This document shows positions 16,732 to 26,299 of a stretch of DNA of 52,568 bases, one piece after another. The DNA lies in assembly GCA_903851655.1 (NCBI GenBank), contig CAINOV010000318.1, forward strand, positions 1 to 52,568, given 5' to 3'. Position 1 is the stretch's first letter. Each line of letters opens with the position of its first letter. The stretch comes from an uncultured Caulobacterales bacterium (GTDB lineage Bacteria; Pseudomonadota; Alphaproteobacteria; Caulobacterales; Caulobacteraceae). Below the pieces are notes generated by a model, which was not told the DNA's origin, ran no database searches, and worked only from the letters and a program-made list of their open reading frames with translations. The position numbers were made by a program, and so were the translations under genes.

Positions 16732-18015
16732 ATGAACCGTCGCGTCTTTCTCCTGTCCACGGCCGGACTGGCCACGGCGCCGGCGAGCCTGCCGCAGGAC
16801 CCTCCCGCGGGAGAGAACCAGCCGCCGCCGGCCGCGCCGGACCTGGCGGCCTGGCTGTCCGGCATCCGGCCCAAGGCGATCGCCGCCGGGGTCCGGGCGG
16901 AGACCGTGGACGCGGCCTTCGCCGGCCTTGCGATCGACACGACGGTCCAGCGGCGGGATTCCAATCAGCCGGAATTCTCCAAGCCCATCGGCGACTACAT
17001 GGCGGCGGTCCTGACGCCGTCCACCATCGCCACGGGACAGGCCAAGCGCCTGGCCTTGAGCTCGATCATCGCGCCGATCGCCCAGACCAGCGGCGTGCCG
17101 GCGGAAATCCTTCTGGCGGTGTGGGGCGTGGAATCGTCCTTCGGGCGCGTGACCGGCGATCAGGACGTGATCCGCTCCCTGGCCACGATCGGCGTGATCG
17201 GGCGGCGCCCGAAACTGGCCGAGCAGGAGATGATCGCCGCCCTGCAGATCCTCGACCGGGGCCTCGCCGCGCGGGACCAGTTGCGGGGCTCCTGGGCCGG
17301 GGCGATGGGCCAGACCCAGTTCCTGCCCTCGGACTACCTCACCTATGGCGCCGACGGGGACGGGGACGGCCGGATCGACATCTGGGGCTCCAGCGCCGAC
17401 GCCCTGGCCTCCACCGCCCGGTTTCTCCAGGTGAAGGCCCACTGGCGCGCCGGGCAGAGCTGGGCGCTGGAGGCCGTGCTGCCCAGCGGGTTTGACTACG
17501 CCCTGTGCGACAACGAGACCCATACGCCCCTCGAATGGGCGGAGCTGGGCGTCGGCCTGATGGAGGGCGTCACGACCCGGGAGGCGGACGGGGACGCGCC
17601 GGCGCAGCTGCTTCTGCCGGCCGGCTGGCGCGGACCGGCGTTTTTGGCCTTCCCCAATCACATGGCCATCCGCGCCTACAACAACTCCACCGCCTACGCC
17701 CTCTCGGTGGGGCTGCTGGCGGACCAGATCGCCGGACGCCAGCCCCTCGTCGCCCGCTGGCCCAGGGACCCGCCCCTGGCGCTGGCCGACCGGATCGCCG
17801 CCCAGCAGGCGCTGCGCGCCCTGGGCTTTGATCCGGGGGCGACGGACGGGGTGCTGGGCCTGCGCACGCGCAAGTCGGCCAAGGCCTGGCAGGCGGCCCG
17901 CGGCCTGCCCGCGGACGGCTATCTGAACCTCGAGCTGATCCAGCTGCTCAAGAGCGAAGCCGGGCTTTCCGGCGACGGGCCTCCAGCAGCCGGGCCGCCC
18001 GCAGGCGTCGCTTGA
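16732..18015 (+). CDS. Lytic murein transglycosylase with C-terminal peptidoglycan-binding domain
   Basis: AVWGVESSFG and GAMGQTQFLPSDYLTYGADGDGDGRIDIW are MltB/SLT_2 family blocks. The C-terminus has a PG_binding_1-like LGFDPGATDGVLGLRTRKSAKAWQ. I start it at MNRRVFLLSTAGLATAPA, a Tat-like signal. Confidence 0.85.
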   Translation: MNRRVFLLSTAGLATAPASLPQDPPAGENQPPPAAPDLAAWLSGIRPKAIAAGVRAETVDAAFAGLAIDTTVQRRDSNQPEFSKPIGDYMAAVLTPSTIATGQAKRLALSSIIAPIAQTSGVPAEILLAVWGVESSFGRVTGDQDVIRSLATIGVIGRRPKLAEQEMIAALQILDRGLAARDQLRGSWAGAMGQTQFLPSDYLTYGADGDGDGRIDIWGSSADALASTARFLQVKAHWRAGQSWALEAVLPSGFDYALCDNETHTPLEWAELGVGLMEGVTTREADGDAPAQLLLPAGWRGPAFLAFPNHMAIRAYNNSTAYALSVGLLADQIAGRQPLVARWPRDPPLALADRIAAQQALRALGFDPGATDGVLGLRTRKSAKAWQAARGLPADGYLNLELIQLLKSEAGLSGDGPPAAGPPAGVA

Positions 18016-19396
18016 TCTGATTGATCGGCCCGCCGCGGGGGAGGTCGGGCTCGGCCAGCCGCGGGGATTCGCCCAGGCCGACCTGGGCCTGCTCCATCTC
18101 GTCGGGATCCAGCGCGGTCTCGGCCATGTCCCCCGCCCTGCGCAGGGCCGGGTTGAGAAAGATGAAGCCCAGCATCGCCGCCAGGGCCACCGCATTGATG
18201 GCGAAGGGCGCCCAGTGGACATGGTCGTAGAGCCACACGCCCAGGATCGGGGTGATGATCACGCAGGACCCGTTCACCGCCGTGACGGCGCCGGCGACGC
18301 TGCCCTGCTCCGCCTGCGGCGCGGACAGGGAGGCGCCGGCGGTGAAGCCCGGGCGGGCGAACCCGAACCCGATGCTGGTGAGGGCGTAGGCGGTGACCAC
18401 GGTCCCGTAGCTGGGGGCGAAGGTCGTGAACAGGTTGCCGAGACCGGCCAGACCGGCGCCCCAGACCAGCAGGTCCCGGGGCTTCATGTGGAAGATGCGG
18501 ATCAGGCCCCATTGAGCCATCAGGCCCGCCACCGCGCCGCCGAGCATGGCCACCTGGATGTAGCCCTGGGCCTGGACCGGCGCCATGTGCACCTTGTCGA
18601 TCACAAGGAAGCCCAGGGTGTAGCCGTTCACCGCCTGGGCCGAGCCCACCAGAAAGCCGTAAAACAGGAAGGGCGCCACCCGCGGGTCCAGCCACAGGCC
18701 GAAGTCCAGCAGCCGCCCCTTCTGGCCCGGCGCCGCCCCGCGGAACTGGGTCTGGGCGGGAATCTCGGACGGAGGCAACAGGCGCAGGACCACCACCAGA
18801 CAGACGAGGGCGGCCACGGCGAAGGCGAACATCGGCCCGGCGAAGGACACGCCCGGGAGCACGAAATACGGCGCGATGGCCGGCCCCAGGACCGTGCCGA
18901 CCCCGAAGGCGCCGGCGAGGGTGGCCAGGGCGTCGGTCCGCTCCTCCATCGAGGTGCGGTCCGCCACATAGGCCTGTCCCGCCGGATTCGAGGCCGAACC
19001 GATCAGGCCGAACAGGGACCGCATGCCGGCGAAGCCCACGAACACCACCGCCGGGCCGATCAGATGCTTCAGGCCCGCCAGAACCACCAGGGCGCATCCG
19101 GCCATGGACACGACGAACCCGCCCAACCCCAGCGCGATCAGCGGCTTGCGCCCCCGCCGGTCCGAGGCCCGCGCCCACACCGGCGCCGACACCGTCCAGA
19201 GGAGGGCGGACAGGGAGAAGATCCCGGCGACCAGCGGGTCGGGAATATGGATCTCCCGGCCGATGGCGGGCAGCACCGATTGAAGTCCCGAATTGCCCGC
19301 AGCCACGGCCATCATCACGGCGAAGACGATGGCGAAGTCGCGTCTGCGACTATCGGGCGAGGCGACGGGCGGGGTCCGTCTGCGGGCGACAGTCAT
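17948..19396 (-). CDS. MFS transporter
   Basis: About 12 predicted TM segments and the MFS loop motif WARASDRRGRKP. I start it at MTVARRR (ATG 19396). A hydrophilic, Arg-rich C-terminal tail overlaps the 3' end of the transglycosylase gene. Confidence 0.8.
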   Translation of the reverse strand: MTVARRRTPPVASPDSRRRDFAIVFAVMMAVAAGNSGLQSVLPAIGREIHIPDPLVAGIFSLSALLWTVSAPVWARASDRRGRKPLIALGLGGFVVSMAGCALVVLAGLKHLIGPAVVFVGFAGMRSLFGLIGSASNPAGQAYVADRTSMEERTDALATLAGAFGVGTVLGPAIAPYFVLPGVSFAGPMFAFAVAALVCLVVVLRLLPPSEIPAQTQFRGAAPGQKGRLLDFGLWLDPRVAPFLFYGFLVGSAQAVNGYTLGFLVIDKVHMAPVQAQGYIQVAMLGGAVAGLMAQWGLIRIFHMKPRDLLVWGAGLAGLGNLFTTFAPSYGTVVTAYALTSIGFGFARPGFTAGASLSAPQAEQGSVAGAVTAVNGSCVIITPILGVWLYDHVHWAPFAINAVALAAMLGFIFLNPALRRAGDMAETALDPDEMEQAQVGLGESPRLAEPDLPRGGPINQIKRRLRAARLLEARRRKARLRS

Positions 19397-19666
19397 GGTC
19401 GGGTGCTGCTCTTCCTTCGGGTCGGAGTCTTGTGGCTCCTGTGGCGCGGGGATCACAATAGACCCCGCGGCCGCGCCCGCAATGGGGTCGGGCGCGACGG
19501 GCGCCCCCCGCGGTCGGGCGTTTTCCGGCAGAATTCGTCGTCTGACGTCCAGAAGTGCGCCGCTGGGCGCTTGAGCCCGCGGGCGTCGTCAGTATTATCC
19601 CGCCGAATTCATCCCCCCGCGCCCGCGCTCTCCGCGCGCGCCGGCGACCGCGACAGGAGACCCGCC

Positions 19667-19909
19667 TTGGCCGATCATTCCCACTCCGACTACAATCGGG
19701 GCGACATGGACATCAACGAGCAGTCGTCGACCTATTCGGCGGTCTACGGCATGATCAAGTGGTGCTCGGTGGCCCTGGCCGCCAGCCTGACCTTCGTGGT
19801 GCTCTGGTTCTGCACGCCGGCCGGCCCGTTCGCCGGTCTGGTGGTGGGCGCGCTCATCGCCATCCTCGGCGTCGTCTTCCTGCGCGCCAAGCCCGACGGC
19901 GCCCACTGA
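19667..19909 (+). CDS. aa3-type cytochrome c oxidase subunit IV-like small membrane protein
   Basis: This is the C-terminal 80 codons of track ORF 18215..19909. TTG 19667 follows AGGAGA with a 6-nt spacer. ADHSHSDYNRGDMDINEQSSTYSAVYGMIKWCSVALAASLTFVVLWF resembles the COX4_pro_2 family, with a single TM. Confidence 0.65.
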   Translation: MADHSHSDYNRGDMDINEQSSTYSAVYGMIKWCSVALAASLTFVVLWFCTPAGPFAGLVVGALIAILGVVFLRAKPDGAH

Positions 19910-20046
19910 CCTGCGTCCGCCCCGGCGCCTCGGGACAAAATCTGCGACTGGGACCGCGATCTGTCCGACCTCGCCCAGTTCACAACTGGACAGACGGGTC
20001 AAAACCTTCCTAATTGAGGGCACTTAGACCTCAATAAGGGGCTGGC

Positions 20047-21180
20047 ATGGCCGTCAAGATCGCGATCACGAGGGAAACACACCCGGGGGAGACCCGCGTC
20101 GCCGCGACGCCGGAAAGCGTCAAGAAGCTGATTGCGCTGGGGGCGGAGGTCGTGGTCGAGACCGGCGCCGGAACCGCGGCCTCGGTGGGCGACGCAGACT
20201 ATGAGGCCGCCGGCGCAACGGTCGCGCCGACCGCCGCCGCCGCCGTCGCCGCCGCGCAGATCGTGTTCAAGGTGCGCGAGCCGGACGCGGCGGAGATCGC
20301 GGCCATGAGCCCCGGAACCCTGCTCGCCGGTCTGATCAATCCCTACCAGTCGCGCCCCCTGCTGGACGCGCTGGCCGCCCGCGGCGTGACGGCGGTGGCG
20401 ATGGAGTTCATCCCCCGCATCACCCGCGCCCAATCCATGGACGCCCTGTCGTCGCAGGCGAACCTGGCCGGTTACCGCGCGGTGATCGAGGGGGCGGAGG
20501 CCTATGGCCGCGCCCTGCCGATGATGATGACCGCCGCCGGCACCGTGGCCGCCGCCAAGGTGTTCGTCATGGGGGTCGGCGTGGCCGGGCTGCAGGCCAT
20601 CGCCACCGCCCGGCGTCTGGGCGCGGTGGTCACCGCCACCGACGTCCGCCCCGCCACCAAGGAGCAGGTGGAGAGCCTGGGCGCCAAGTTCCTCGCCGTC
20701 GAGGACGAGGAGTTCAAGAACGCCCAGACGGCCGGCGGCTACGCCAAGGAGATGTCGGCGGAATACCAGGCCAAGCAGGCCGCCCTGACCGCCGAGCACA
20801 TCAAGAAGCAGGATATTGTCATCACCACGGCCCTGATCCCGGGCCGGGCGGCGCCGCGGCTGGTCACGGAGGCGCACGTGGCCTCCATGCGGGCCGGCTC
20901 GGTCCTGGTCGACCTCGCGGTGGAGCAGGGCGGCAATGTCGCCGGCTCGAAGTCGGGGGAGGTGGTGGAGATCGGCGGCGTGAAGATCGTCGGCTATCCC
21001 AACCTGGCCGGGCGGATCGCCGCGGACGCCTCGGCCCTCTACGCCCGCAACCTCGTGAACTTCACCGCCCTGCTGATCGACAAGGACAAGGCGCTGGCCC
21101 CGGACTTCGAGGACGAGATCCTCAAGGCCGCCATCGTCACCCGCGACGGCGCCATCGTGCATCCGGCCCTGCAGGGCTGA
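20047..21180 (+). CDS. pntAA: NAD(P) transhydrogenase alpha subunit, part 1 (dI)
   Basis: 377 aa, alanine-dehydrogenase/PNT fold. Starts MAVKIAITRETHPGETRVAATPESVKKL and carries the NAD-binding motif GVGVAGLQAIATARRLGA. Confidence 0.9.
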   Translation: MAVKIAITRETHPGETRVAATPESVKKLIALGAEVVVETGAGTAASVGDADYEAAGATVAPTAAAAVAAAQIVFKVREPDAAEIAAMSPGTLLAGLINPYQSRPLLDALAARGVTAVAMEFIPRITRAQSMDALSSQANLAGYRAVIEGAEAYGRALPMMMTAAGTVAAAKVFVMGVGVAGLQAIATARRLGAVVTATDVRPATKEQVESLGAKFLAVEDEEFKNAQTAGGYAKEMSAEYQAKQAALTAEHIKKQDIVITTALIPGRAAPRLVTEAHVASMRAGSVLVDLAVEQGGNVAGSKSGEVVEIGGVKIVGYPNLAGRIAADASALYARNLVNFTALLIDKDKALAPDFEDEILKAAIVTRDGAIVHPALQG

Positions 21181-21215
21181 TCCTCCACACAACCTCAGGG
21201 ACGAAGAGCCGCCTC

Positions 21216-21545
21216 ATGGAAGCCGTAGACCCCACTGTGTTCCGCCTCGCCATCTTCGTGCTGGCGATCTTCGTCGGCTATTACGTGGTGTGGAGCGTGA
21301 CCCCCGCCCTGCACACGCCGCTGATGGCGGTGACCAACGCCATCTCCTCGGTGATCATCGTCGGCGCGCTGCTGGCCGCCGCCGCCCACCCCCCCACCGG
21401 GGACGAGACCACCGGGGCCGGGGTGCTGATCTCCAAGGGCGCCGGCGCCATCGCCGCGGGCCTCGCCGCGGTGAACATCTTCGGCGGCTTCCTCGTCACC
21501 CAGCGGATGCTGGCCATGTACAAGAAAAAGGACCGGGCGAAGTAG
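21216..21545 (+). CDS. pntAB: NAD(P) transhydrogenase alpha subunit, part 2 (membrane dII-a)
   Basis: 109 aa with 3-4 TM segments and the conserved TPALHTPLMAVTNAISSVIIVGAL block. Confidence 0.9.
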   Translation: MEAVDPTVFRLAIFVLAIFVGYYVVWSVTPALHTPLMAVTNAISSVIIVGALLAAAAHPPTGDETTGAGVLISKGAGAIAAGLAAVNIFGGFLVTQRMLAMYKKKDRAK

Positions 21546-21608
21546 CGGTCGCACCCCGACCCCCCGCCAGAGCCTCAAGACACAGATCTTTCCGGAGGGC
21601 GACCGCCC

Positions 21609-23024
21609 ATGAACGCCAATATCGCCGCCATTCTCTATCTCGCCTCGGGCGTGCTGTTCATTCTCGCCCTGCGGGGTCTGTCGAGCCCGGAGACCAGCCG
21701 GCGCGGCAACACCATGGGCATGATCGGCATGGCCATCGCCGTCGGCACCGTGCTGACGACCCTGTTCAGCGAGGGCGTCCTTGACGGGATCACGCTGGCC
21801 CTGATCGCCGGAGGCGTGGCCATCGGCGGCGGCGTCGGCGCCGTGATCGCCCGGCGGGTGGCCATGACCGCCATGCCCCAGCTGGTGGCGGCCTTCCACA
21901 GCCTGGTGGGCCTCGCCGCCTGCCTGGTGGCCGTGGCCGCGATCTTCACGCCGGCCGCCTACGGCATTGCCGAGGGCGACGGGATCAAGCTGGAAAGCCT
22001 GATCGAGCTCAGCGTCGGCGTGGCCATCGGGGCGATCACCTTCACCGGCTCCCTGATCGCCTTCGCCAAGCTGAACGGCAACATGAGCGGCGCGCCCATC
22101 CTGCTGCCCGCCCGGCATCTGCTGAACCTGGCCCTGGCCGTGGGCATCGTGGCCCTGATCATCATCCTGTGCCTGTCCGGCGGCACGGCCCTGTGGGCCT
22201 TCGGCGGCGTCTTCGCCCTGGCCCTGATCCTGGGCGTCACCCTGATCATCCCCATCGGAGGCGCGGACATGCCGGTGGTGGTGTCCATGCTGAACAGCTA
22301 TTCCGGCTGGGCGGCGGCGGCCATGGGCTTCACCCTGGGCAACATCACCCTGATCATCACCGGGGCCCTGGTGGGATCGTCCGGCGCCATCCTGTCCTAC
22401 ATCATGTGCAAGGCCATGAACCGCGGCTTCATCTCCGTGATCCTGGGCGGCTTCGGCGCCGAGGATGCGGCGGCGGCCGGAAGCGGCGTGAAGGAAACCC
22501 GGCCGGTGAAGCAGGGCTCCGCCGACGACGCGGCCTTCATCATGAAGAACGCCTCCAAGGTGATCATCGTTCCCGGCTACGGCATGGCCGTATCCCAGGC
22601 CCAGCACGCGCTCCGGGAAATGGGCGACCGGCTGAAGGCCGAGGGCGTGGAGGTGAAGTACGCCATCCATCCCGTCGCCGGCCGCATGCCCGGGCACATG
22701 AACGTGCTGCTGGCCGAGGCCAATGTCCCCTATGACGAGGTGTTCGAACTCGAGGACATCAATTCGGAGTTCTCCACCGCCGACGTGGCCTTCGTCATCG
22801 GGGCCAATGACGTGACCAACCCGGCGGCCAAGACCGATCCCAAGTCCGCCATCTACGGCATGCCGATCCTCGACGTGGAAAAGGCCCGTACCGTGCTGTT
22901 CGTGAAGCGGGGCATGAGCTCGGGCTACGCCGGGGTGGAGAACGAGCTGTTCTTCCGCGACAACACCATGATGCTGTTCGCCGACGCCAAGAAGATGGTC
23001 GAGGGCATCGTCAAGGCCCTCTGA
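21609..23024 (+). CDS. pntB: NAD(P) transhydrogenase beta subunit
   Basis: 471 aa with a membrane N-terminal half and a dIII NADP(H) domain (IVPGYGMAVSQAQH...HPVAGRMPGHMNVLLAEA...GANDVTNP). Confidence 0.95.
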   Translation: MNANIAAILYLASGVLFILALRGLSSPETSRRGNTMGMIGMAIAVGTVLTTLFSEGVLDGITLALIAGGVAIGGGVGAVIARRVAMTAMPQLVAAFHSLVGLAACLVAVAAIFTPAAYGIAEGDGIKLESLIELSVGVAIGAITFTGSLIAFAKLNGNMSGAPILLPARHLLNLALAVGIVALIIILCLSGGTALWAFGGVFALALILGVTLIIPIGGADMPVVVSMLNSYSGWAAAAMGFTLGNITLIITGALVGSSGAILSYIMCKAMNRGFISVILGGFGAEDAAAAGSGVKETRPVKQGSADDAAFIMKNASKVIIVPGYGMAVSQAQHALREMGDRLKAEGVEVKYAIHPVAGRMPGHMNVLLAEANVPYDEVFELEDINSEFSTADVAFVIGANDVTNPAAKTDPKSAIYGMPILDVEKARTVLFVKRGMSSGYAGVENELFFRDNTMMLFADAKKMVEGIVKAL

Positions 23025-23050
23025 CCGGCGGCGTAGGCCCGGAGCTGACC

Positions 23051-23905
23051 GTGTGGTTTCATCCCGCCGCGCCTGCCGAGCCCTGCGAGCGGGGCTGGCG
23101 GCTCAGGACAACAGACGGCGCGCCGGGGCTCCATGTGGCGCCGCTGGGCGCCGGACCGGGGACGCCGGTGGTGTTCATCGCCGCCGCCGGCGGCTGCGCG
23201 GCGGACTGGGCCCATGTGCAGCAGGCCCTGTCGGCGACAATCCCCAGCCTCGCCTATGACCGCGCCGGCCTCGGCTGGTCCGACCCGCGGCCCCGGACCG
23301 ATGCGCGGGCCCTTGTCGACGAGCTGGACGAGCTCATCCGCCGCGTGTCGCCGGAAGGGCCGGTGGTGCTGGCGGGTCTCGGCCACGGCGCCTGGATCGC
23401 CCAGCACCTGGCCCAGACGGCCCCGGCCCGGGTCGCGGGCCTGGTGCTGGCGGATGCGCCGCCCCTCGACCCACCCGGCGGCGCCGGCCTCGGCCGGGCC
23501 ACGGCGGCGGTGGGCCCGGCCCTGGCCCGGATCGGCCTGACCGGGGCCCTGGCGTCCCTGGCCGGAGACCCCATCGGCCTGCCGCACGCCGCAGCGGACG
23601 AGCGACGCCGGGCGCTGGCCCAGCCGCAGCATCACATCACCGCCGCGCAGGAGGCGGCGGCGTGGCCGGATCTCGCCCGCCGGATCCGCGACCTCGAACC
23701 GCCCGACCGGGAGCTTCCCGTCGCCGTGATCGCCACCGCGCCGGACGCGTCCCCCGCCCACGCCCTGCAGATCCTGCCCGCCCGGCGCTCCCGCCGCGGC
23801 TGGTTCGCCACGGCGGCGGGCGCCGCGCCCGCCGATCTGCTGGGGCCGCGGCGCAGCGCGCTGACGGTGGACGCCGTGCGCCACATATTCCGCGTGCTGC
23901 ATTGA
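23051..23905 (+). CDS. Alpha/beta-hydrolase-fold protein, apparently lacking the Ser nucleophile
   Basis: GTG start after GGAG. PVVFIAAAGG...W and PVVLAGLGHGAWIAQHLAQTAPARVAGLVLADAPP align to the classic HG and G-x-S-x-G / strand-helix blocks. The nucleophile elbow reads G-L-G-H-G. Confidence 0.6.
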   Translation: MWFHPAAPAEPCERGWRLRTTDGAPGLHVAPLGAGPGTPVVFIAAAGGCAADWAHVQQALSATIPSLAYDRAGLGWSDPRPRTDARALVDELDELIRRVSPEGPVVLAGLGHGAWIAQHLAQTAPARVAGLVLADAPPLDPPGGAGLGRATAAVGPALARIGLTGALASLAGDPIGLPHAAADERRRALAQPQHHITAAQEAAAWPDLARRIRDLEPPDRELPVAVIATAPDASPAHALQILPARRSRRGWFATAAGAAPADLLGPRRSALTVDAVRHIFRVLH

Positions 23906-23951
23906 ATTCTGCGCCGCAGCAGGCCACCTTCCGGGTCGCAGGGGGACACGC

Positions 23952-24881
23952 ATGACAGAGCCGGCGCTGAGGCTGGACCACATCTCCAAGTCGTATGGCG
24001 CCATGACCGCGGTGCGCGACCTCAGTTTTGAGGCGGCGCGGGGGCGGATCTTCGGCTTCCTGGGCCCCAATGGCGCCGGCAAGACCTCGACCCTGCGCAT
24101 GGTGCTGGGACTGGTGGCGCCGTCTTCGGGCCGGATCTCGGTGCTGGGCGCCTCGGATGGGCGGCGGGTGCGCGACCGGATCGGCTTCCTGCCGGAAGAG
24201 CGGGGTCTCTATCGCCGGATGACGCCGGCCCAGGCCTTCGACTTCTTCGGCGCCCTGAAGGGGCTGGATTCCCGCACCGCGCGCGCGCGGGGCCTCGCCA
24301 TGCTGGAGGATCAGGGCCTGGCCCAGGCCATGAACCGGCCGGTCAAGTCCCTGTCCAAGGGCATGGCCCAGAAGGTCGCCCTGATCTCGGCCCTGGTGCA
24401 CGAGCCCGAACTGGTGATCCTCGACGAACCGTTTTCCGGACTGGACCCGGTGAACCAGCAGTCCCTGGAGCGCCTGATCCGCGGCCTGGCGGACCGGGGC
24501 GCGACGGTCGTGTTCTCGACCCATGTGATGGCCCATGCCGAACGACTCTGCGACAAGGTGGTGCTGATGGCCCGGGGCCAGAAGGTGTTCGACGGGCCGG
24601 TCTCCGCCGCCCGGGCTGCGGTTCCGCAACGGCTGATCCTGGTGGGAGATCTGGACCCGGACGCCGTTCGCGCGCTGCCCGGCGTCACCGGCCTCGCCCG
24701 GGACGCCTCCGCCGACGGGCCCAGCTTCATCGTCGACCTCGCCGCCGGCGCCTCGGCCAACGCCACGCTGAAGGAGGCCTTTGTCCGCGGGCTGCAGATC
24801 ACCCGGTTCGAGGCGCGGGAGCCGACGCTGCACGACGCCTTCATCGTCCTGACCCAGGACGCGACGGGAGAGCGCGCATGA
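23952..24881 (+). CDS. ABC transporter ATP-binding protein (ABC-2/NatA-like)
   Basis: Walker A GPNGAGKTS, signature LSKGMAQK, Walker B LVILDEP. The stop overlaps the downstream permease start (ATGA). Confidence 0.9.
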   Translation: MTEPALRLDHISKSYGAMTAVRDLSFEAARGRIFGFLGPNGAGKTSTLRMVLGLVAPSSGRISVLGASDGRRVRDRIGFLPEERGLYRRMTPAQAFDFFGALKGLDSRTARARGLAMLEDQGLAQAMNRPVKSLSKGMAQKVALISALVHEPELVILDEPFSGLDPVNQQSLERLIRGLADRGATVVFSTHVMAHAERLCDKVVLMARGQKVFDGPVSAARAAVPQRLILVGDLDPDAVRALPGVTGLARDASADGPSFIVDLAAGASANATLKEAFVRGLQITRFEAREPTLHDAFIVLTQDATGERA

Positions 24882-26230
24882 GACGCGCCCTGATCATCGC
24901 CCAGCGCGAATACCTGTCCTTCCTACGGACGCCGGGCTTCTGGATCTCGCTGCTGGTCATGCCCTTCGTCGGCCTGGTGAGCGGCCTGGCCCCCCAGATG
25001 ATCGCCCGAAGCGAGCCGCCGCCCACCGTCGCCATCCTCGACCTCACCGGCCTGGGCGCCGATGGTCCAGGCGCTTGGCTCGCCCAATCGCTGCAGACGC
25101 CGCAACGCCCCGCGCCCTCTGCGGAGGCTCCGGCAAGGCCGGGCGGCCGGGCGCCGGACGAGGAGCGTCGCGCCATCACCGTGGTCCCGGCGCCGGCGGA
25201 CTTCGCCGCCAGCCGCACCCCGGCGGAGGCTGGCCAGGCCATCCGCGCCTACATGACGGCGAACATCCCCCTGGCCAACGGCCGGCCCCTGTCCGGCGCC
25301 GTGGTGCTGTCGGGCGGTCGCGACCATCTGAAGATGGACCTGTGGACCCCCGCCCCGCAGGTGAGCGGCTGGTCCGGCGCCCTGTCGGGGCCCCTGAACG
25401 GTTGGCTGCGCCGGTCCCGGCTGGCCGCGGCGGGGGTGTCGCCGGCCCTGGCCGACAGCCTCGACCAGAACCTGACGGAGGTCCGTGACTTCTCGCCCAA
25501 GGCGGCGGCGGGCCAGGTGTCCTTCGCGGACAAGGCGCCCCTGCTGGTGGCGGTGGGCCTGTCCTTCATGCTCTGGGCCCTGGTGCTCACCGGCGCAGGC
25601 ATCCTGCTGAACACGGTGATCGAGGAGAAATCCAACCGGGTGATCGAGGTCCTGCTGTCCTCGGCCTCGGTGACGGAAATCCTCGCCGGCAAGATTCTCG
25701 GCGGCGCCGCCCTGTCCGTGACCACCCTCAGCTTCTGGGCGGCGATCGGCTTCTGGCTGCTGAACCGCTCCGCCCCCGACATGCTGGGCGTGGTGGGCGC
25801 GGCCCTGACCGGGCACGGACTGGTGCTGTGGTTCGCCGCGTTCTTCGTGGTCGGCTATCTGATGTATGCGTCGATCTTCGCCGCCATCGGGTCCTATTGC
25901 GAAACCCCGCGGGAGGCGCAGACCCTGCTGGGGCCCGTGATGGTGCTGCTGACCGTCCCCATCGTGTTCCTGGGCGCCACCATCAATGCGCCGGACGCGC
26001 CGGTGTTGAAGGTCCTGGTCTGGGTGCCGTTCTTCACGCCCTTCCTGATGACCACCCGGGTGGCGACCGGGGCGCCCCCCGCGGAGCTGGCGGCGGCGCT
26101 CGCGGAAATGGTGCTGATGGCCAGCTTCGTGGTCTGGCTGTCCGGACGGGCGTTCCGCTCGGGCGCCCTGGCCACGGAGAAGCTGGATCCCCGCCGGATC
26201 CTGGCCTCGATGTTCAGCCGGGAGCGGTAG
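24878..26230 (+). CDS. ABC-2 type transporter permease (NatB-like) with large extracytoplasmic loop
   Basis: 450 aa. One N-terminal TM, an extracytoplasmic segment of about 170 aa, then 5 C-terminal TMs. It is translationally coupled to the ATPase gene. Confidence 0.8.
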   Translation: MRRALIIAQREYLSFLRTPGFWISLLVMPFVGLVSGLAPQMIARSEPPPTVAILDLTGLGADGPGAWLAQSLQTPQRPAPSAEAPARPGGRAPDEERRAITVVPAPADFAASRTPAEAGQAIRAYMTANIPLANGRPLSGAVVLSGGRDHLKMDLWTPAPQVSGWSGALSGPLNGWLRRSRLAAAGVSPALADSLDQNLTEVRDFSPKAAAGQVSFADKAPLLVAVGLSFMLWALVLTGAGILLNTVIEEKSNRVIEVLLSSASVTEILAGKILGGAALSVTTLSFWAAIGFWLLNRSAPDMLGVVGAALTGHGLVLWFAAFFVVGYLMYASIFAAIGSYCETPREAQTLLGPVMVLLTVPIVFLGATINAPDAPVLKVLVWVPFFTPFLMTTRVATGAPPAELAAALAEMVLMASFVVWLSGRAFRSGALATEKLDPRRILASMFSRER

Positions 26231-26242
26231 GCGACGCGCAAC

Positions 26243-26270
26243 AGAAAAAGGCCCCCGGAACGGGAGCCTT
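26243..26270 (-). terminator. Rho-independent terminator of rpsU
   Basis: The minus strand reads GGCTCCCG-TTC-CGGGGGCC followed by TTTTTCT. One stem position is a G-U pair only in the minus-strand RNA. Confidence 0.55.
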
Positions 26271-26299
26271 GATCAGCAACAGCCCTGGGCCGAAGCGTC

